Shown here piece by piece: positions 27,816-40,257 of a stretch of DNA of 64,000 bases. The stretch comes from Sphaeroforma arctica JP610 (Eukaryota). The stretch covers positions 151,700 through 215,699 of the forward strand of contig NW_014040545.1 of the NCBI RefSeq assembly GCF_001186125.1, in the 5' to 3' direction. Positions within the stretch are counted from its first letter, which is position 1. Each line of letters opens with the position of its first letter. The translations under genes were made by a program, and so were the position numbers. The notes beneath the pieces were generated by a model, which saw nothing but the letters and a program-made list of their open reading frames with translations, did no database searches and was not told where the DNA came from.

Positions 27816-28250
27816 AAATCGGAATGCGCCAGCGAATCACCCGCCGCGCAAGGACGCAGTTGTGTTGTAATTGAACTGTAGGGTGCAGGTGGTTAATCCA
27901 GGATCAGACCTTGGTCGTGTGATGATGTGATGAGTTAGTTAATCGGACATGTAGCTCAACATGGCTACGTGCTGGATATGAGAGAACATTTTGTGGCTGA
28001 AGAATGGTGTACATAGTAGCTGTGGGCTATCTCATAAGAAAATCGCATGGGTTTAATGGCAGATCTGGATGTGATAAACGTATCTGCGCCATATTTGGAT
28101 AGCTGCAAGTGCCTAAAGGCTCACACTATCCAACTTCTCTGCCGTCTTCATTCATACAACTGACACGACCATGTAGCATTATAAACCGTGAAAATCAGAC
28201 CTAAACAAAAGAAGGTGCGTGAGCAATCGGTATTAAAGCCTTCTTTTACT
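27816..28250 (+). other. Helix-dense region immediately 3' of the APC5 stop (probable structured 3' UTR)
   Basis: Complementary pairs: 27835-41/27888-94, 27916-23/28042-49, 27948-55/27964-71, 27977-83/28030-36, 28056-63/28138-45, 28095-102/28126-33, 28207-16/28238-47. Confidence 0.5.
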
Positions 28251-29574
28251 GCTCAGATAAACTGTTTTTTGAAGGAATGAATCAAGTAAACAAGATTTGC
28301 AGACGTAGCAAGTTTGTAAAGTCCACAGACCACCGAATACAGTCGTTGGGCCAGTAAGGTGTTGAATTTTAGAAATGTAAAGGATTTTATAAGGTCAATT
28401 TAAGCATACAGTGGCTGGCAAATCGTGGAAGTATCTAAAGTACCATGAGCAAACGTATGTGGTTGGCGATGATGCTTGATCGTGGATTGAGTATTGTGGA
28501 TTTGGTGGGCTAACTAGCCGTTCAACTTAGAACGCTTGGAAGTAACAAAAGTTGTAGTGCTAAACAAAAATATACATGCAGACTGTGTACACTACGGAAA
28601 ATTAAAATGATACAGGAAACCATGATGTTGTCAAGTAGCAGACATATGTGAAAGAACAGAATGTGGTGTTTAGTAACAAAGTAAGCAAATGAAATAAGTT
28701 ACCGTATTTTGTAAATTCGAATCTCCGTGTTTCATCTGGTGAGAGGATGCTGTAGAATTGGATAGATGGGATGAGAGACGTTCGAAACTCAGAGAGTTTT
28801 AATATTGCACAATTCACGGTTTACAACTAATAAAAAAAACAGCCGAAATCAAAGCATGCTAACATGCGCATGCAAATGTCGCGTATGTACCCGCATGCTG
28901 CAGTGTTATACACATTCCCAAATTGTACGAACGAAGTCATTAGTGAAGTACACCCTGCCGTGTATGTTGTGCTGCGTATCTCGCACACTGCAGAGCTTCT
29001 TCAAACTAAAAACCAAATAGGACAGAGCAATTGAGGTTCACCTATATCTGTCCCCACACATGTAAATAAGCTGCGTGACTGACTATTCACTTGTACTGTC
29101 AAGCTGTTCGCGACAGCGTACATTCGCGTCAACTGATCACTACCATAGCATGTATTGTTAACTTTTCTTCACTTTGATATATATATTCCCACACCATAAC
29201 GCTCAGGGATAAACTGTTATACGGGTTTTTACTCAGCCCGGCCGGGTCAAACCTCTACTTCTTGTTTTCAAACATACATACTTAAATTCAAAGCAGCAAC
29301 CGAAAACCTCGCCTCAATCTTGTATGAAACGTTTTTAATTGCAACAAATTGATTGCTGATAAGCATTGAATCTAAAACAGTGGTTGTTCAGAACGGATTA
29401 TGAATGTGTAGGAATGGGAATGGACAAACGCTCTTCACTAATTGCTGAGATTGAGGCTTGGGCTCTACCAACAAGCATCCAAAAAAACAGGAGAGATCCT
29501 GGTCCATAGCGCATCACCAGCGGCGGCAAACAACCCGACCACTAATTGTGTCGAAGAATGCACGAACCTTCATG

Positions 29575-31140
29575 TTAGAAGCGTATATGGGTCTTGAAGT
29601 GTATATGGGTCCTAATACTAGGTAACGGTGTTGCACTGCTTGGCACGTGATTCTGGTTATCACCACCGGTTGCCTGTGATGCTAGGCAACCTTCGAGTTG
29701 ATACGAACTTAAGCCCAGACGCCCCTTATTACCAAGTCTGTAAGACTTAATTGGCGGCCACAAATGTGAAAGTTCTGTCTGCACGGCTTCCAGTAGAACC
29801 GGCGATCCGACACTGTGGTTGCCCTTGCCAATAATCAGAGATCTAGATGATTGGGCCATATCGCTGTCTTGCTCCAGAAGTACACGAAGCAACCTTCGGA
29901 CAACAGCTTGTGCGAGTAATCGAGAATGGTTGTCCAGATTCAACACGCCATCTCTTACCAATTCATCCCAGTACTGCTTATATAAGACCAGGTCTGAAAC
30001 CATCTCCTCGTAAAAGCAATCGATTATTTTCGTAACCTCAATAGTGTCTGTATCCAACGCCCCTGTAACAATTTTGTAGCTCGCAGCGGTTCTTCGAACC
30101 TCGTTTTCGCCCATTTTGTCGAAAAGCGTGGTAACCATTTGCGCCTGATTTCCGTCCGCGTATGCAGTCATCACAGCATTGTACGCTGCCGTATCACGAT
30201 CGACGGAGTGTCTCTCCATGTCTTCAAACAATTGCACCGCATCTTTCCACCGACCCGCCTTACCGAATCCATTTATCAAAGTATGTATGTTCGAGCGTGG
30301 GGCATAAAGCCAATTCCTGACATGCCATCTAGAAATCTGACAGCCTTATCATACTTCTTTTTTTTTCACGAGCGCTTGAACCGCGATATTATATGCTACC
30401 AGGTCCAATGGGACGCCACGCATTGCCATCTCCTCAAAAAGCAAACAGCTTTGCAGATGATTAGTTTTCGATTTAAGAGCAAATATGTTTTTCGACGGAG
30501 AAGTTTCGCCCCCATCTTCATCAGATGATGGGTTGTTCGCGAAAACTCGTGTGGTTCACTATCATAATGGTATATAGGCAAATCATCTTCGGAAAAAAAC
30601 GTGCCATAATTTGGCATTGCATACCCCTCACCCGCGACCACTTTGCGCACGAAAGCATCATCCAACGCGCGTATGAAAGCGTCTTTCCACGCGCGCTTCT
30701 TGTTATGTTTGCTTTTAGCCACAAGTCCCTTCACTTTCGTACGTCCTACTAGCTTGATCAAGCGCGAGCGTATACCCCCACGCATCCTTTTTGGTTTGGC
30801 CTTTTGGTGCGATTTGTCTTGCGTCTTCGTGTTACATTGCAATTGGGGGGTTTTTTGTTGTTGGTTTTTGCTGTTGTTGCTGGGGTTTTCCGTGTCTGGG
30901 TGCATTGAACTTCCAAGCTGGGCTTTCGAATTGTGACTAGATTGGCCATTGGATCCGGTTGGGGTTTGGTCGATCTTGCTGTTAACTTTCGATATTTGCA
31001 CTTTCTTCCCCTTCGTGCCGTGCTTGGAACGCATCACAGCTTGTTCGGTTTTTCTCGTATCTTCCTCCTGCGTTTGCTTCGTTGTGACGTGTTTCCCCTT
31101 CGTTGACGTCTTGCTTAACCGTAGTCGAGCGCAACCGATC
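29575..31140 (-). pseudogene. Intronless pentatricopeptide-repeat protein with C-terminal Smr (small MutS-related) domain, at least 3 frameshifts
   Basis: Correcting single-base indels near 30444, 30358-30366 and 30284 gives three exact 35-aa PPRs (LVAYNIAVQALVKKKKYDKAVRFLDGMSGIGFMPH, ARTYNTLINGFGKAGRWKDAVQLFEDMERHSVDRD, TAAYNAVMTAYADGNQAQMVTTLFDKMGENEVRRT) plus partial repeats. These are followed by Smr-like GVLNLDNHS..AQAVV..LIIGKGNHS..PVLLEAVQTEL..GNKGRL. The N-terminal region is basic and low-complexity; the start is uncertain. Confidence 0.78.
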
Positions 31141-31582
31141 CTTGTGCTGTGCCACCATATTACAAACGGATGAGCTGTTGGGTACCACAGAATTTGGCTT
31201 TATCTGCACTCAATTCATACAGAACGTAACGAGGTAAGCAATACAACAATCCGACTTGATGTCAGATAATCACGTGTGTGGAATTGCAAACTGTGGCACA
31301 TGAAACTACAAAGTTTCGTTGCCAGTAGTATTCCGATTTTGGACTATTTTCGTGAGATCTGTGTCATCGTAATATGCAGACATATTTCAAATTCCTTTTA
31401 AAAGGGGATTGCGACATTTGTATCAGAGGTCATTATAAAGTGATAAGCACTGCGAACTTGATACTAGCGGAATCTAAAAGTATACTCATGGCGATCGTCA
31501 CTGATACAGTAGCACCATAGAGGGCCTGTACGCAAACCATAAAAGCAATCTTGATACAAATGAACACTCTCGCAATACATCC

Positions 31583-31611
31583 ATATATATATATATATAT
31601 ATATGGATATA

Positions 31612-31660
<49 letters not shown>

Positions 31661-31865
31661 TATAGTCGAGAATTGCGAAGAATTGTATATACTATCGATA
31701 TATATTCATAAAAATGTAAGCTTATAGATATCAACAAAAATCTATGCAAATCCCATATTTATAACCTAATTGTATATATAGAGACACACGCATGTATCTG
31801 TATATATATATAAATACATATATTTACTACAAATTTACTGTATAAATATATATAAATATATATGT

Positions 31866-31905
<40 letters not shown>

Positions 31906-31934
31906 CATACATATATATATATATACATATACAA

Positions 31935-31982
<48 letters not shown>

Positions 31983-32490
31983 GTGTATGTATACATATAT
32001 ATATATACATACATACATACATACATACTTACATATATATATATACATACACACATACGTACATACATACATACATACATATATACATACTATATATATA
32101 TATATATATATATACGTAAATACATACATACACATACACACACACAGATACATACATAGATACATACATTACATACATATATATATATATATACCTACCT
32201 ACATATATACATACGTACATACATGCATGCATGCACACATGCATACATATATACATACATACACATATACATACATATAGACACATATGTACATACTACA
32301 CATACACACACACATATATATATATATATGTATGTATGTATGTATGCATGCACGTGTATGTATGTATGTATGTATGTATGCATGCACGTGTATGTATGTA
32401 TGTATGTATGTATGTATGCATGCATGTACGTATGTATGTATGTACATACGTACATCCATACATACATCCATACATATTATATATATATAC
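31583..32490. repeat. ~900-bp compound (TA)n/(TACA)n/(TATG)n microsatellite
   Basis: Directly visible; source of the Y/I/H/T/C/M-rich spurious ORFs. Confidence 0.95.
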
Positions 32491-32949
32491 TAGTTTCTAC
32501 ACACTTGTCCCAGCATATCAAGTTGATAATTTTGTTTTTTAGAAGCAATGATTTTATTAGCCCTTGTTTGACTTAATTTGCAATGTATCATAGCAGGACC
32601 ACTCGCTAAATCTCAATCCATACTGACCACTAAACGCCGAGTTCTATATTTACACCGCCAACGCTAATTAGTCGCTTCAATGAAATTACACCATTCAGCA
32701 AAACATCTGAGCAACACTTCGATCATGCAGTTGCACTGCGCCATTAATTCACACAGACCTAGCAACGAGAGACGCGCTGTCTATATAATCTATACAAGTT
32801 TATCATCAAGATGGACGAGTTTGAACTTGGTGGTCGCAATAATAACTATATACATATGGGCATATTCATTTACCTGTGTTTAGTTGAGCACACTCGGAAT
32901 AAGTTACTAGATGCATTATACACAGCAATCTATCAAAACTAAAAATGCT

Positions 32950-33056
32950 ATCCGAACATAACTTTGGCGTTTTCTCTTCGTCAACTAATACAAACAATAT
33001 AACTAATCCGAACATAACTTTGGCGTGTTCACTTCTAATACAAACAATATAACTAA
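32950..33056. repeat. Imperfect ~55-bp tandem duplication upstream of eIF2-gamma
   Basis: ATCCGAACATAACTTTGGCGT...CTAATACAAACAATATAACTAA occurs twice. Confidence 0.8.
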
Positions 33057-33548
33057 CAATCTATAATCTGCAATACAGCGGTCAAGCGACAAAGTTAAAC
33101 ACCACACTCGCCATCAGGTCGACAATACACACCCGAATTTTGCGATAGCTTACATTGTGGTTTATATATATATACATTTACAGAGATGTGCCTTTATCAC
33201 TATGTGACGTGTACTAAAAAAAAAAAATTGCAAATGTACCTTATCGTGCGATCACATTTTTTTGAATTTTTTCGAGTACCTACCCTGCATGTGCCGTTCT
33301 AATTTTAGAACTGTGCATGGCTCAATCAAAATTTCCCGCAAGAAAAAAGTGTGACTCAAACGATGTACAGTGTATGGAGAGTGGAGACTATGGGCTCTAA
33401 AGTCTATGGTTAAATCACCGTTTCAATCCATCCCAAAACGATCGACTATTTACACATACACTCAAATTGCGTGTATCAAAACAGTATACACGCACGTCCA
33501 GATTAGCCTAGAGTAGTCGCAAATCGGCATACATCTACATACACCAAT

Positions 33549-33994
33549 ATGAGTGTCAACATGGCTGATGCGTTCGCGCAACCCCAACTTAAGAAGCAAA
33601 ATCTGGAGGGCTTAGTAATTGAGGACTTAACACCACTCACACCTGAGGTCATCTCGCGTCAGGCAACGATAAACATAGGCACAATCGGACATGTAGCACA
33701 CGGAAAATCCACACTCGTGAAGGCTATCTCTGGTGTCCAGACAGTTCGATTCAAAAATGAATTGGAGCGAAATATCACCATTAAATTGGGATACGCGAAT
33801 GCTAAAATCTACAAGTGTGACAATTTACAATGCCCACGACCGGACTGCTACACATCCGCAAGCAGTAACCAAGCCGATAGTTTCGATTGTAATCGTCCTG
33901 GATGCAGTGGTATGTCTCGTATTTATTTAGAGTATTATTGTATCATTACGCCATGTACACTTTTTTCCTAATCTATATATCTGTAAATATATGC

Positions 33995-34029
<35 letters not shown>

Positions 34030-37000
34030 TATGTGTGTGTAAGCACTTGTACGTGTACATGTACATGTATACGTACACGCACACGTACACGTATCGTGTA
34101 CATATACATTTACATAAATACACGCACGCACACGCGCTGACATGTTTCATATATATATATATACATGTGTGTGGGTGTGTTTGTAATTATTTTGTACGAA
34201 AGGTATAGGTATCAATTATATATATAGTTTGTGAATGAATGTAAATATGTTTTCATATTGTACACAATCATGTACACGCATATATGTGCATATTCCTGTG
34301 CATTTATATTTACATATACATTTTTGCACACATATATGTATACGATACATGAATATGTCCGTGAATATTTATTTATATTTTTATTTGTACATATTGAGCA
34401 TCATTATATAAATATATATATATATATATATACATATGATCTCACACACTCACAGACAAGCAAACAAGCACCTCTCACACAAACTAACAAATCCTTCCAT
34501 AAGCTCACTCACTCACAGACACATAAACACGCATACTTATGTAAGTATGTATGTATGTACGTATATAGTTATATGCATACATGTTTACATATTTATTTCA
34601 TCCATATTCGTATATACATGTATTTATATATATATATATATATGTATTTATATAAATATATATATATGTATAGATATATATATATATATATATGTATGTA
34701 TATATATAGATATATTATGTGTGTGTGAATATACAGACGTATTTATGTAGACCAAGATGATATGAAATTAGCGATCACATCTTCTCAATCAATTTGATAA
34801 TTGTGAGTATGTATGCTCACAATAGTTCTGAATCTTGGCACAATGCAATCGTATTAATATTTGCCAGCAAATGTTAATTGATTATCAAGAGTATAGACGT
34901 AAAAATTTACGCTTTGCTGACAGATCATGGTCTGTCTATTACTTGTCATTGGTACCCTGTTGGCATAATTGCTTCGAAATATGCAATAGTGTGTATTAAA
35001 ATTGTGTGACAATGTTGTGAGAGCATAACGATACGGTGGTGACTTGTGCGAACCTGTCAATCAGTATCATGACAGCGTGATTTACATCGCGCAATGCCTT
35101 CGACGTCGTATGAACGATAGTGCTGTTACGACAATAGGAGTAGCAAAACTTGCATTAAGATCTTCGATATATTTTCTTGTGCTATCAATCCTAATCTAAT
35201 ATATACCATTCATATATATAGATATTTGGTAATGGAAATATTAAACGTCAAATGTCAATAGTATAATTTCGATTTTAAGGTGGTATTCTTTTTATTCTTA
35301 GACTGCTGCGATTGCAATATGCTGACGATATCGGCAGTTCGTGAATTATTTTACAAGCATGTATCTGCAGTCTGCTAAGATCAACAGTGATCAACAGATT
35401 TAAAACAGTGCACTCTACGTAACTTACATATTCAGTCATTGCAAGCATGCTTCGCACTTTTGAAGATGTACTAGATTGGGGGAAACCTTGTATGTACATA
35501 TTATGACCGCTGAAGTGAAGAAAAAAAGCGATTTGACCCGGGTTTGATAATCTGTGAATCCTCTCACAATTTCGTGTATGGACTATAATCTACATACGAT
35601 CTGTTATCTGGTAGAACTCATTTGATTGTATCATCGTTTCGAAACGTAACCGCTTTGCAATATGTTTTTGTGACCTAAGGATTTCAATCAATACAAGAGT
35701 TTATGTCGATGCCATCGAGAACTTTTGCGTGACGTCAAAAGGCAGTTGAAATCTCATACCCTGCGAGTAGATCGTTTGCACTTCTCCCGGCCTGTAGTTT
35801 AAATACGAAAAGAGTTCAAGTATGCTTTTGGAACCGTGCTCATACCTTCGCACTTACTTTGTAACCTTTCAATACGCTACGCTTACTTGATGTGCAGGTA
35901 AATACCAGGTGATGCGTCACGTGTCCTTTGTAGATTGCCCTGGTCACGATATTCTCATGGCTACCATGTTGAACGGTGCGGCCGTTATGGACGCCGCACT
36001 GCTGCTTATCGCTGGCAATGAGTCATGTCCTCAACCACAGACATCAGAGCATCTTGCAGGTAAATTGAACAGTCGTTTCAACCATATTATCTCCGGATTA
36101 AACAGTTGTTGTTAGCAATTTTGTCTTCGCTGTGCATTTGCGATTGTGGTTGTAGTTAACTGTGAGCTCTGGTTTGTAGTCCCTTATTGTTTTCTGATGA
36201 GCACTCGCCCTATACCGTTCCACCACGATGCACGCACTCTTTATGTGGACATTGTGGTAGTGTGTTCATGGGCGGTATCTCACTATCCAATTCATATATT
36301 GTACCTGTATATGTAGTGTCTACTCTCGAAGAACAGGTTGCAATTCATCACCCTTCAGCAAATTATGCCGACCACAGATGTATTTTTACTCAATTGGCGA
36401 TACCTATACCCAACCTCCCATAATTATTTACATGACAGCCATTGAAATTATGAAGCTGGGTAGAGAGAAATTGATCGTCTTGCAAAATAAGATCGATCTG
36501 GTGAGAGACACACAGGCGCGTGAACAGTACGATCAGATCCTGCAGTTTGTGCGTGGAACCTGTGCGGAGGGAGCGCCCATCGTACCCATATCGGCACAGG
36601 TACATTAGAGCTATATTCGGTAGTGTCAGCTGTATTTATTCGAGCAGTGCTAGGTTGGCAACGGGAAAGGTGAATTGAGCGACCATTTCCACGAACTTTC
36701 AAGTGTGGTTCCAGTAGCTGTTGTGAAATATTGCATACGTCTACCCATATTTAGAAACATGGTACTATTGGCAAAGTGCACGAGTAGAGTCCAATATCGT
36801 ACGATAGTGTATCGTGAAAGTACAGCATTTTCATGTATTTATACTGTAGATTGTATACATTATTCTGTCCATCGTGTAGTGGATTGCATCAAGTGAAGTT
36901 GTTCGTCGTACCCGTACTACCTAGGAGGCGTCCATCTACGACAAAAATTGTGACGGTGCCGTGGTGAGACATCTCAACGGAGTCGTTTGCGTGTTTATCT

Positions 37001-39742
37001 TTTGCATTAGGCAATGTGAAAGTCCCAGATGGTTTGATTCTCGACCTCGTTCGACTATTTTGATATATTGACAATTTTGGTACCATCGTCGTCCCCACTA
37101 CAGCTTAAATTCAACATCGAGTGCGTCTGCGAACAGATCATCAAGCGCATTCCCATCCCCACACGTCAGTTTACTGTCTCGCCACGACTGATTATCATCC
37201 GATCCTTCGATGTCAACAAAGCGGGATGTGAAGTGGATGATCTACAGGGTGGTGTGGCTGGAGGGTCTCTAGTACAGGTGTGTATTTGTGTTTCGCCTGT
37301 GCATATTCAACACTTGTATACTAGTGTAGGTTTGTGGTTCTTGACCTTCTGTCAATCCATTGATGGAACATCTAAGTTTCGCGCACTTCTGGTTTATTTC
37401 TGCCCGGTCAGTTGCTTACAGGCCCTGCTATTGTCTTCCACACGTTTGATGCATATCTTATTATGCCATCTGTACACTTGCTTGACGTAATGCCTCGGGT
37501 CATGTTGGGTAGATTTTCGGGGTCTCGTTCTTGTATTAAATGTCTATCAAATTGTAGTACCTATGTATTCACTTTTCGGGATTCCAAAGGACATAAAATG
37601 TATCCGATATCTCATCTAGTACTCGGAAGAAATCTCCAGTGCCCATTTTGACCTGTTTCATTTTCTTAAATTCTTCTCGCATGTAGGGTGTACTAAAGAT
37701 CGGTATGGATATTGAGGTCAGGCCCGGAATTGTGTCCAAGGACAGTCAAGGAAGGGTACAATGCCAACCTATCAAGTCTACAATTCTATCACTGCACACA
37801 GAAACGAATGCACTTCAATACGCGATCCCCGGTGGTTTAATCGGTAAGTTTGATTGGATTCTTGTTATGATGAGTGTGAGATAAGTGTCTATAGTAAATA
37901 TATATATATATAAGCACGTATGCGATATCTCAGTAACAGGGTATATGGTTATATGCATGAGCGCATGGGGGGTGGTCCGTTCGATGTGGTAGCGGCCATC
38001 TACTGTGGAAAAAAAATGGCCTCAATATGTACTTAGAACTGCAAGTGTACCGCACCAAATCATATTCTGGACTCATTGGACGGCGGAGTTCGTTCACGGC
38101 ATGCATGATAAGTTACGCAGCAATTATGAATCATCAACTGCGATTAGGTAAATTTGTGAGGCCCGTGGCGCGTTTATGTATTGTGTTCCTTAAGAGTAAA
38201 CTTTCTATGGCTAGTATGCATTTTTTTTAAGTTCATCTCTGTCGAACTGAGCAGGAACAGTGCGTCGCAAATCGAAAGTGTGAGTTGTCTTTTGTCTTGA
38301 TTTTTCTACGTTTTTGTGGACAATTCACAATCACCTATAAATAGCAAGGGTGACATGATCTCTACCGAGAATTTGGTTGCATCCTAACGGAGCTCTATTA
38401 TCACACTGCCGCCAGAACTTATTGGCGATATATTCTCATAATCTGTTTCCGTAACTTATCTGTATCCACTTTTCGCTTGGGTTGTATCTTGAAACAGGTG
38501 TGGGAACAAAGATCGATCCTATGCTGTGTCGTGCCGATCGTATGGTCGGTCAGGTGCTGGGAACATCCGGTAACCTTCCGGAGATATATACAGAGCTGGA
38601 AATCAGATACTATCTGCTCAAGCGTCTGCTGGGTGTGCGTGCGGAGGGAGAGAAGAAGGCCACGAAGGTGCGTGTGACAGTGAACAATTTTTTTACTATT
38701 CATGTTTTGTCGGTTTTTGTATGAGAACCGATCGGTATTCGCATTTGCATACGTGTCCGTTATCAGCGTTTAATGACCGGGAGTTCAATTGCACTGAGGA
38801 CATATATTAACATGTCAAGAACTGCATTGAAAGAATTTTGTTGAGAAGCCGCGAGTCTGAGGTATTACTGCATGAGTTTTTCATAGCGTCAATCGCATAC
38901 TGACCTGGAGTTACAGTATTTCAGGCGATATTAAGTCTCGCGTCTCACTGTGTACTTGCTCGCTCAAAAAAATATTTCAGCATGTTCGTACTAAACAAAA
39001 TGGTGGTTCTAAATGAGATACCTTGGTATTATCAGTACTGATAATTGCACTAGCTTTGTTCCATTGTACGAAGAAGACCCTGTCTTTCTTATTTCAACTT
39101 TCAAGTACACTGCTTGGCGTATGTATCGACCACTCAATATATATCCTGTTATATCGCATCCAATTTGTAGGTGGCTAAGCTTACGAAAGGAGAGGTACTG
39201 ATGGTCAACATTGGGTCTCTATCCACCGGTGGCCGTGTCACCGCCGTAAAGGCCGATTTGGCGAAGATTGTCCTCACACAGCCCGTGTGTACGGAAGCGG
39301 GAGAGAAGATTGCCTTAAGTCGACGTGTTGAGAAGCATTGGAGGTGCGGATCTGTGTCTTGGTGGTGATAGATGTACCTTGTGTGCTTGTTTTACATTGT
39401 GTATCGTGAGATGTGTTGGCAGCAGTCATAGTGCATCTTGTTGCACAGTCTCTCTGCTTGTATTTGAACACTCAGTCTCTTGTGGAAGTGGTTAGGCATG
39501 TATGTTATCTCCCGAAAGTTAGAACCTGAGTGTCTTTCATATGTGGGGTTTGACTACGCGATCTGTAAATTTGGCTTGAATACGCTATAGGTTTGTGTTT
39601 CTAGACATTTGGTAGGGTTTCCCACTCGTGGGTCATCTTTTTACTTTTTAAAGGTTTTCGTGTGCGCATCTATTTCTCTCACAGATTGATCGGTTGGGGA
39701 CAAATCAACAAGGGTACTGCTATTAATGTCGACTCGGAGTAG
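33549..39742 (+). CDS. EIF2S3: Eukaryotic translation initiation factor 2 subunit gamma, 8 exons
   Basis: Exons 33549-33909, 35898-36059, 36439-36599, 37104-37277, 37687-37843, 38498-38667, 39171-39343, 39685-39742, all GT-AG and in phase. Motifs: [82 protein letters not shown]. Confidence 0.97.
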
Positions 39743-39787
39743 AATTTAGACTGTTACAATCTTAAGGAATAGACAAGTAGACCGGAC

Positions 39788-40257
39788 TGCAAACACTCTT
39801 GACGGGACAGTGCGCTGAATATCACAGCAGTGCTTGCCTCGGAGTCGCTGCTGTACATTAGTAAGCGCGGGTGAAGGTACAGACTTCTACTCTTCGAAGG
39901 TCACGGAGAAACTAACCCATGTCAGGTGAATAATAGCCCGGGTATGGTCAGGTACCCCTTCCGGCAAATTTAGAGACTAACTGGAGATCGTTAGATAGAC
40001 CTTAGCTTGTAACCTTCGAATAAATGTTCCTAGCTCTCGGAGTAGAAGATGCGAAATTGCTGTTTTTCTGCTGTGAGCACGAATTTCCCGTAGGGTTAGA
40101 GATGGTTTATCTTCCTTACCCGGGTACCTTAAACTTAGGACTTCGCAAGGACCTCACTAATCCATGTGCTCTACTGATCCACTTAGGCGTTGGCATACTA
40201 CTCGGAAATTGTAGAGTCAAACGGGGATTTACGTGTAGTGTCTTATGGAGCCGTGCA
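39788..40257 (+). ncRNA. Candidate ~470-nt multibranch structured RNA directly 3' of the eIF2-gamma stop (structured 3' UTR or separate ncRNA, family unassigned)
   Basis: Closing stem ~39796-39809/40239-40250; hairpin 39824-32/39846-54; rod 39884-92/40040-48 (perfect 9 bp) stacked on 39893-904/40009-20 (11 of 12); 40078-91/40221-35; 40169-74/40211-16. G-U pairs favour the + strand. Confidence 0.45.

Noticed and set aside
31759..32576. Stack of Y/I/H/C/V-rich ORFs (also near 12300, 14100, 19700, 22400, 34000, 57200, 58500)
   Set aside because: Translations of TA/CA/GT microsatellites.
39971..40000. AGAGACTA as a group I intron P7 element
   Set aside because: No matching downstream TAGTC strand and no P3/P4 context found.
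40090..40098. TAGGGTTAG (and CTAACCC at 39912) as a telomerase RNA template
   Set aside because: A 9-mer is expected by chance in a window this size. The longer match is on the strand opposite the G-U-supported fold, and the + strand match lacks an alignment region.
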